NCBI RefSeq assembly: GCF_020969955.1
Contig: NZ_JAHDSX010000010.1
Coordinates: 33,277 to 65,276, forward strand
Direction of reading: 5' to 3'
DNA length: 32,000 nucleotides
Source of the DNA: Allobaculum fili
GTDB taxonomy: Bacteria > Bacillota_I > Bacilli_A > Erysipelotrichales > Erysipelotrichaceae
Shown: in pieces, positions 24,784 to 32,000 of the stretch
Position numbering within the stretch: position 1 is the first letter of the stretch
Layout: every line of letters starts with the position of its first letter
Program-made: the position numbers and the translations under genes
The notes under the pieces: generated by a model
What the model was told of the DNA's origin: nothing
Databases searched by the model: none
The model's input: the letters and a program-made list of their open reading frames with translations, nothing else

Positions 24784-26304
24784 ATGAGTTTAAATCCCTC
24801 CGAGATTTCAAAACTGATCAAAGCACAGATCCGGAACGTTGATAAAGAAGTCGAGATGAACGAAAGCGGAACGGTACTGAGTGTCGGCGACGGAATCGCC
24901 AATGTCTATGGACTGAAAAACGCGATGATGTCGGAGCTGCTCCTCTTCCCGCATGATGTCTACGGCATGGTCCTCAACCTCGAAGAAGATCAGGTCGGCG
25001 TTGTACTGATGAGCGACAACCCGGACATCAAGGAAGGCGATACCGTAAAACGCACCGGTCATATTGTCGAAGTGCCGGTCGGCGACGGCATGCTTGGCCG
25101 CGTAGTCAACGCGCTGGGCGAACCGATCGACGGCAAGGGCCCGATCGAAGGCACACGTCTTCGCCCGGTTGAGCGCGTAGCGCCCGGCGTAATGACCCGT
25201 AAGAGCGTATCCGTTCCTCTGCAGACCGGTCTGAAAATCATCGACTCGATGATTCCAATCGGCCGCGGTCAGCGTGAGCTGATCATCGGCGACCGTCAGA
25301 CCGGTAAAACCGCGATCGCGGTCGACACGATCATCAACCAGAAAGATCAGAATGTGCTTTGCATTTATGTCGCAATCGGTCAGAAAGCCAGTACGGTAGC
25401 CCAGATTGTCGAAAAGCTGAAACAGCACGGCGCCATGGACTACACGACCGTTGTCGTATCCACGGCTTCCGAAGCGGCGCCTCTGCAGTACATTGCGCCG
25501 TATTCCGGCTGCGCCATCGGCGAAGAGTGGATGGAGCAGGGCAAGGACGTACTGATCGTCTACGATGATCTGTCCAAGCACGCGGTAGCGTACCGCGCCA
25601 TGGCGCTTCTGCTGCGCAGACCGCCAGGACGTGAAGCGTACCCCGGCGACGTCTTCTATCTCCATTCCAGACTGCTCGAACGGGCAGCCCGTCTGAATGA
25701 AAAGCACGGCGGCGGATCTCTGACCGCGCTGCCGATCATTGAAACGCAGGCCGGCGATATTGCCGCCTACATTCCGACCAATGTAATTTCCATTACCGAC
25801 GGTCAGATCTTCTTAAAGACCGACATGTTCAACGCCGGTCTTCGTCCAGCCGTTGACTCGGGTCTTTCCGTATCCCGTGTCGGATCCGCTGCGCAGGTTA
25901 AGGCCATGAAGCAGGTATCCGGCTCGCTGAAACTGGAACTGGCTCAGTTTGCGGAAATGGAAGCCTTCTCCAAATTCGGTTCCGACCTCGATGCCGCTAC
26001 GGCCGAAGTTCTGAACCACGGCAACCGTCTGACGCGTCTGCTCGTTCAGAAGCAGTACTCGCCAATGCCAATGCCGGAAGAAGTCCTTTCTCTGTTCTCG
26101 GGCAAATATAAATTCCTTAAGGATATCCCGGTGGATTCCGTTGAAGACTTCGAAGAAAAAATGCTTCTGTTCTTCAAGTCCGAACATCCGGAAATCCTCG
26201 AAGAAATCGCCGAGAAAAAAGCTCTGGATGATGATCTGACCAGCCGCATCAAAGCGCTGATGAACGACTTTCTTGCGGACTATAAAGTAAAGGCAGGCCT
26301 CTAG
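24784..26304 (+). CDS. atpA: F-type ATP synthase F1 subunit alpha
   Basis: Walker [10 protein letters not shown] and alpha-specific blocks. The start is ambiguous among 24775, 24778 and 24784; I chose MSLNPSEIS. Confidence 0.96.
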   Translation: MSLNPSEISKLIKAQIRNVDKEVEMNESGTVLSVGDGIANVYGLKNAMMSELLLFPHDVYGMVLNLEEDQVGVVLMSDNPDIKEGDTVKRTGHIVEVPVGDGMLGRVVNALGEPIDGKGPIEGTRLRPVERVAPGVMTRKSVSVPLQTGLKIIDSMIPIGRGQRELIIGDRQTGKTAIAVDTIINQKDQNVLCIYVAIGQKASTVAQIVEKLKQHGAMDYTTVVVSTASEAAPLQYIAPYSGCAIGEEWMEQGKDVLIVYDDLSKHAVAYRAMALLLRRPPGREAYPGDVFYLHSRLLERAARLNEKHGGGSLTALPIIETQAGDIAAYIPTNVISITDGQIFLKTDMFNAGLRPAVDSGLSVSRVGSAAQVKAMKQVSGSLKLELAQFAEMEAFSKFGSDLDAATAEVLNHGNRLTRLLVQKQYSPMPMPEEVLSLFSGKYKFLKDIPVDSVEDFEEKMLLFFKSEHPEILEEIAEKKALDDDLTSRIKALMNDFLADYKVKAGL

Positions 26305-26305
26305 T

Positions 26306-27157
26306 ATGGCAGCCAGCAAGCAGGCGATTAAAAGCCGGATTGCTTCGGTTCGCTCAACTAAGAAAATCACCAACGCCATGCAGATGGTCGCCAGTGCCAA
26401 GCTCAACAAAACCCGTTCCGCCATGGAGCGCAACCGTGAATACGCCAACGCCCTGCAGGAAATGCTGGCGGTGGTACTCGCCCACGCTGATTCCGGAGCG
26501 CCGTATCTGAAGGAAGATAAAAACAAGCCGTCGTTTCTGTTTGTGATCACTTCGGATATGGGCCTCTGCGGCGGCTACAACGCCAACGTACAGCGCCTGT
26601 TGACCGAGTGCGTAAAAAACGGCGATCAGATCGTCATGATCGGATCGCACGGCGTCTCGTATGCAAACAGCCGCAATATGGAACTGTTCGGCCGTCTGGT
26701 TGACATGAGCGAGGAAGATGCGTATGCAGAACTTGCCCGCTATGCCGATCTGGCGCTGAAAGAATACGACGAGGGAAAAGTCGGTGCCATTCGGGTTCTC
26801 TATACCCGCTATGTCAATACGCTGACGTTCGAGCCGGAAGTACTCACCCTGCTTCCCCCGCAGAAACCGGAAAAGTCCGAAGAGGAGTCGAAGGTGCATG
26901 CGGAAATGCTCTTTGAGCCTGGCAAGGAAGAAATGCTTGCGCAGCTGATTCCGATGATCGCAAAATCGGTTCTGTATTCCAAATACATGGAAAGCAAGAC
27001 CAGCGAGCAGGCCAGCCGGCGCATGGCCATGGAAAGCGCGACCGACAACGCGGAAGAACTCGAAGAGAAACTCAACCTCGAGTACAACCGTGTCCGCCAG
27101 AGCGCCATCACCCAGGAAATTACAGAAATCGTTGGCGGTGCCAACGCCCTGAAGTAG
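26306..27157 (+). CDS. atpG: F-type ATP synthase F1 subunit gamma
   Basis: IKSRIASVRSTKKITNAMQMVASAKL at the N-terminus and ..ITQEITEIVGGANAL at the C-terminus. Confidence 0.95.
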   Translation: MAASKQAIKSRIASVRSTKKITNAMQMVASAKLNKTRSAMERNREYANALQEMLAVVLAHADSGAPYLKEDKNKPSFLFVITSDMGLCGGYNANVQRLLTECVKNGDQIVMIGSHGVSYANSRNMELFGRLVDMSEEDAYAELARYADLALKEYDEGKVGAIRVLYTRYVNTLTFEPEVLTLLPPQKPEKSEEESKVHAEMLFEPGKEEMLAQLIPMIAKSVLYSKYMESKTSEQASRRMAMESATDNAEELEEKLNLEYNRVRQSAITQEITEIVGGANALK

Positions 27158-28995
<1,838 letters not shown>

Positions 28996-29017
28996 ATCAG
29001 AATTCTTTATAGATCAG

Positions 29018-29061
29018 GAGCTTTTTCTGTTCGCATGCCGGGAAGAAAAAGCTCTTTTTCC
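29018..29061 (+). terminator. Rho-independent terminator of the atp operon
   Basis: Arms gagctttttc (29018-29027) and gaaaaagctc (29045-29054), then TTTTTCC. Confidence 0.75.
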
Positions 29062-29221
29062 GTTTGTCTGCCTGATTCATGGATCCGTTAATCCTCTTCG
29101 CCGGACTGGCCGCAGGTCGGCATGGCGAGCCGGATCCGCTGCGCAGCGAAGAAAGAAGCGAAGAAAGAAACGAAGGGGGAAATGAAGGCACAATACATTA
29201 GGTGGTGAGGCTCGTAATTAA

Positions 29222-29265
29222 AAATTCAGGGTACAGCTTAAAGCTAGCTGTACCCTGAATTTTTT
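29222..29265. terminator. Perfect 16-bp hairpin flanked by A- and T-tracts (bidirectional terminator or element boundary)
   Basis: Arms aattcagggtacagct (29222-29237) and agctgtaccctgaatt (29245-29260), with AAAAA upstream and TTTTT downstream. Confidence 0.75.
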
Positions 29266-29269
29266 TGGA

Positions 29270-29538
29270 CTACGAAAAAATGGGAGCGGCTTGAAAGCTA
29301 CGGTCCCAAGTTTGTGGAGAATATTGTTCAGGCGGCGCCAGAGATCTTCTGATGGAGAGCATGCGGAGAATGAGCGAGATGAGAATCGTCGCTCACGTCC
29401 ATGACGAGGTGATCATTGAAGCTGATGAAAGAAATTCGGTTGAAGAAGTCTGCAAGCTGATGAGCGGAGTGCCTGACTGGGCTGAAGGGCTGGTGCTGAA
29501 TGCGGATGGTATGAGTGCTCGTTCTATAGGAAGGACTA
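29270..29538 (+). pseudogene. 3' fragment (about the last 85 codons) of a family-A (Pol I-like, phage/ICE-type) DNA polymerase, with two frameshifts
   Basis: The fragment reads KKWERLESYGPKFVENIVQA, then after a frameshift RDLLMESMRRM..IVAHVHDEVIIEADE..VCKLMSGVPDWAEGLVLNADG, then after a second frameshift YECSFYRKD-stop. HVHDEV is the Pol A motif C region. No 5' part is present. Confidence 0.7.
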
Positions 29539-29539
29539 A

Positions 29540-29575
29540 AACAAGCTCAGGTATGGTTACATGTACCTGAGCTTG
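29540..29575. other. 13-bp perfect hairpin after the polymerase fragment
   Basis: Arms acaagctcaggta (29540-29552) and tacctgagcttgt (29563-29575). AAAA lies upstream and there is no downstream T-tract. Confidence 0.6.
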
Positions 29576-29599
29576 TTCATAGGGAGCGAAAAATAAAGA

Positions 29600-30714
29600 A
29601 TGAAACAATGTTACACTATTCTTAACAGTTCAAATCAAAAACAAGTGGATGAAGGGAGAGGATACGCTTTGGAAAAACTGATTGAATTCAGACGTTATCC
29701 TCTCGATATGATCCTGGATAAGCTGTTGATTGATAAGACGACAGGCAAGCGAATCATCTGGCAACGGATGGCTACAGTGAATATGGAAAGAATTACTGCG
29801 ATCGTTTTGAAATTACTCCTGGTGCACTGGCCGGAATTAATCCGGTCCTCATTCAGCCAAGAGCATTTAAAGCACTTGAAACGCAGCAGCAACGGACCAA
29901 ATCGAAGGCAGAAGTGTTCACTCCATCCTGGATCGTCAACAAAATGGTGAATCACCTCGATGAAGAATGGTTCGGAAGTCCTGACGTATTCAATGTTGAA
30001 AAAGATCAAACCTGAGAGACAAAAACCGAAAAGATCGATTTCAAAGGTAAGAAGTGGAAAGACTACGTTGACCGATCCGTTCTTGAAATCACCTGTGGCG
30101 AAGCACCATTCATCGTTTCCCGATACAACGCCTCAACCGGAGAGATCATTCCTGTTGAAGCGCGAATTGGGATTCTTGATCGAAAGCTGCGGGTTGTGAC
30201 CGAGAACACAGACAATGAAGAAGACTGGATTAAGTGGGCGACGCGCGCCTATGAAAGTGTGTACGGCTATGAGTACCAGGGCGACAATTTACTCATTGGC
30301 CGTATCAACCTGCTCATGACCTTTGTTGACTACTGCCAGAGCATTTGGGACAAAGAAGTCGATAAGGATCTTCTTACTGTAATCACAAACATCATCACTT
30401 GGAATTTCTGGCAGATGGACGGCTTGAATGGAACTGTCCCATTGGGTGTTCCGCAGCCGGTCTTTGAGCAGATGACCCTTTTCGATATTGAAGACAAACC
30501 AGAAGAAAAAGCTCCACTTTGTAAAGTACGAAAGTGGAGAGCGAAAAAAACGATTCGATACAAAGAGATTGAAAGGAAAGAAGGAATAGATATGAGCCAG
30601 AAAAAGTTTGATGTAGTGATCGGCAAAAAGCTATATCAAGATGGTATCGCTAAACAGATTAGGACACCTTTTATATCAAAGGGACGAATAAACCAATCTT
30701 TATATTGTTGTTAA
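29600..30714 (+). pseudogene. Gamma-class N6-adenine DNA methyltransferase (Eco57I/TaqI-like), disrupted by a frameshift and an in-frame TGA and cut off at motif IV
   Basis: Frame 2 holds from 29600 to about 29760, then frame 1 from 29761. The sequence reads ..AEVFTPSWIVNKM.., SVLEITCGEAPF (a motif I-like block) and ..KKFDVVIG, where NPPY should follow but KKLYQ and unrelated sequence do. TGA lies at 30013-30015. Confidence 0.72.
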
Positions 30715-30847
30715 CAGGGGCCGGTTCTGCAGAAACCTTCTGCGGAATCGGCCAATTTCGTCTTGTGGGCTTTTGTCATACCGGTCAAAATACAAGTGTT
30801 GAATTGAATTTAAAAATCAGGACGTGAACGATGAGGAGGCTTGAATT

Positions 30848-31885
30848 ATGACTATGCAGATGAAACAGATCGATAACAAAAATGAACTCCTCAGAGATGA
30901 CCTGAAAACCACGATCAAAAAAGGCAGCAAAGTTTCAATTGCTGCAGCTTATTTTTCGATTTATGCCTTCAGAGAACTGAAGAAGGAATTAGGCCAGATC
31001 GATGAGCTTCGTTTTATTTTCACCTCCCCCACCTTCCTTCCAGATGAAAAAGGAGAGAAAAAAGCCCAAAGAGAATTTTATATTCCCAAATTGAACCGAG
31101 AACGAAATCTATATGGAACAGAATATGAGATCAAGCTGCGCAACGAAATGAATCAAAAGGCTATTGCTAAAGAATGCGCCGACTGGATTCAGAAGAAATG
31201 CAAGTTCAAATCGATGACCGGAAACGAAACAATGTCCGGAAATATCATTGTTTCTGCTCCCGGAGAAGAAGATCAGGTCTATTTTCCAGTCAATGCATTC
31301 TCGACTGCTGACCTGGGCTGTGAACGGGGTAACTATGCGTTCAATATAACCACAAAAGCAGATACTCCATTTTCGACATCTTACCTGCAAAACTTCAATT
31401 CAGTCTGGAGCGACGATTCCAGAGTCCAGGATGTAACAGATGAAATCGTCCAGAGCATATCCTCCGCTTATGTCGAGAATTCACCGGAGTTCATCTATTA
31501 CGTCATCCTGTATAACATCTTTAACGAATTTCTGTCGGACATCTCTGAAGACGTTCTCCCCAATGAAGCCACTGGATTCAAGCAGAGCAAAGTCTGGAAT
31601 ATGCTTTATGACTTTCAGAAGGATGCGGCTCTGGCAATCATCAACAAGCTGGAGAAATATAACGGCTGCATCCTGGCAGACAGTGTCGGTCTGGGAAAAA
31701 CCTTCACAGCCCTGTCTGTCATCAAGTACTACGAGAATCGCAATAAGAGCGTTCTTGTCCTTTGTCCGAAGAAATTGTCCGCCAACTGGAATACCTATAA
31801 AGATAATTACGTAAACAACCCGATTGCGGCTGACCGATTAAACTATGACGTTCTCTATCATACGGATTTAAGCCAATGTCATTAA
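30848..31885 (+). pseudogene. PLD-like N-terminal domain fused to an SNF2-family helicase, truncated shortly after helicase motifs I and Ia. The 345 codons are intact but the C-terminal two-thirds are missing.
   Basis: GAGGAGG RBS. The N-terminal block GSKVSIAAAYFS..LRFIFTSP resembles PLD-like domains fused to DEXD helicases. SNF2 motifs LYDFQKDA, ILADSVGLGKT and VLVLCPKKL are present. No DExH motif or helicase-C domain precedes the stop, and a terminator follows. Confidence 0.7.
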
Positions 31886-31898
31886 GTTAAGATTTCTC

Positions 31899-31937
31899 AG
31901 ACCACATCAGCGTTAAGCAGTGATGTGGTCTTTTTTC
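31899..31937 (+). terminator. Rho-independent terminator right after the helicase truncation point
   Basis: Arms agaccacatca (31899-31909) and tgatgtggtct (31921-31931), then TTTTT. Confidence 0.7.
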
Positions 31938-32000
31938 TACTCTTCAAGTCAAATCTCGAATGATTCGAGTTTTTTCACTTTTTTCTAAAAATCTATTGAC

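Larger units (their letters stand above)
29200..31890. mobile_element. Decayed remnant of a horizontally acquired element (phage, ICE or defence-island fragment). No integrase or att site is recognisable inside the window.
   Basis: The sequence turns visibly more AT-rich after about 29200. All three recognisable genes here are truncated or disrupted. They are bounded by strong hairpins. Confidence 0.5.

Noticed and set aside
24808-25707. A 299-aa minus-strand ORF antisense to atpA
   Set aside because: It is a shadow ORF of a highly conserved gene, with no motifs and no RBS context.
28997-29191. A 64-aa minus-strand ORF and a purine-rich repeat (cgaagaaagaa twice, about 29146-29175) downstream of atpC
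   Set aside because: The ORF has no RBS and its Ser/Leu-rich translation comes from the purine/pyrimidine tract. The repeat is short and looks like simple low-complexity sequence.
29352-29570. The 72-aa ORF (MESMRRMSEMRIVAHVHDEV..) as an intact small gene
   Set aside because: It is the middle frame of the Pol A C-terminal fragment. The flanking frames carry the contiguous polymerase sequence, so it is part of a pseudogene.
30013-30015. The in-frame TGA in the methyltransferase as programmed recoding, either selenocysteine or an alternative genetic code
   Set aside because: Many core genes in the window, including the NSS transporter and dnaB, end with TGA, so TGA is a stop in this genome. 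No SECIS-like hairpin follows. The same gene has other lesions, so a nonsense mutation is the simplest reading.

Overview
The window looks like a core chromosomal segment of a Bacillota (Firmicutes) genome with moderately high GC, judging by gene content and order. Its last ~2.8 kb is a more AT-rich, decayed, horizontally acquired remnant.

Gene order, left to right:
- 3' end of a probable surface protein gene
- an NSS/SNF-family Na+-dependent transporter
- a MacB-like ABC pair on the minus strand; its 1121-aa double-FtsX permease carries a very long coiled-coil insertion
- two tandem DegV (FakB-like) genes
- a small membrane-anchored protein (minus strand)
- a lipoprotein with DUF5648-like repeats
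- rpsF-ssb-rpsR
- a convergent SpoVK/CbbX-type AAA+ ATPase
- a DUF5684 membrane protein
- yybS-like, gdpP, rplI and dnaB
- an MBL-fold hydrolase with an in-frame 9-bp tandem repeat
- a ~530-nt stretch with no credible gene
- upp, joined directly to a complete F-type ATP synthase operon (atpZ-like, atpI, atpB, E, F, H, A, G, D, C)
- downstream of atpC: a 3' fragment of a family-A DNA polymerase, a disrupted gamma-class N6-adenine DNA methyltransferase and a truncated PLD-like/SNF2 helicase

I saw no rRNA, tRNA, CRISPR array or intact transposase or integrase.

I could not identify an intact multi-gene system that is clearly new. The points most worth follow-up are:
1. The AAA+ ATPase ends in ..ESEDLPF, a look-alike of the SSB C-terminal docking tip, and lies tail-to-tail with the ssb operon.
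2. The decayed methyltransferase plus PLD-like/SNF2 pair next to atpC looks like a defence or mobile-element remnant.
3. The atpE c-subunit carries a full Na+-binding residue signature.
4. The FtsX permease has a ~315-residue coiled-coil insertion.
5. There are TTTGTC-core tandem repeats in and after the MBL hydrolase gene.

All family assignments come from reading motifs by eye. No database search was run.
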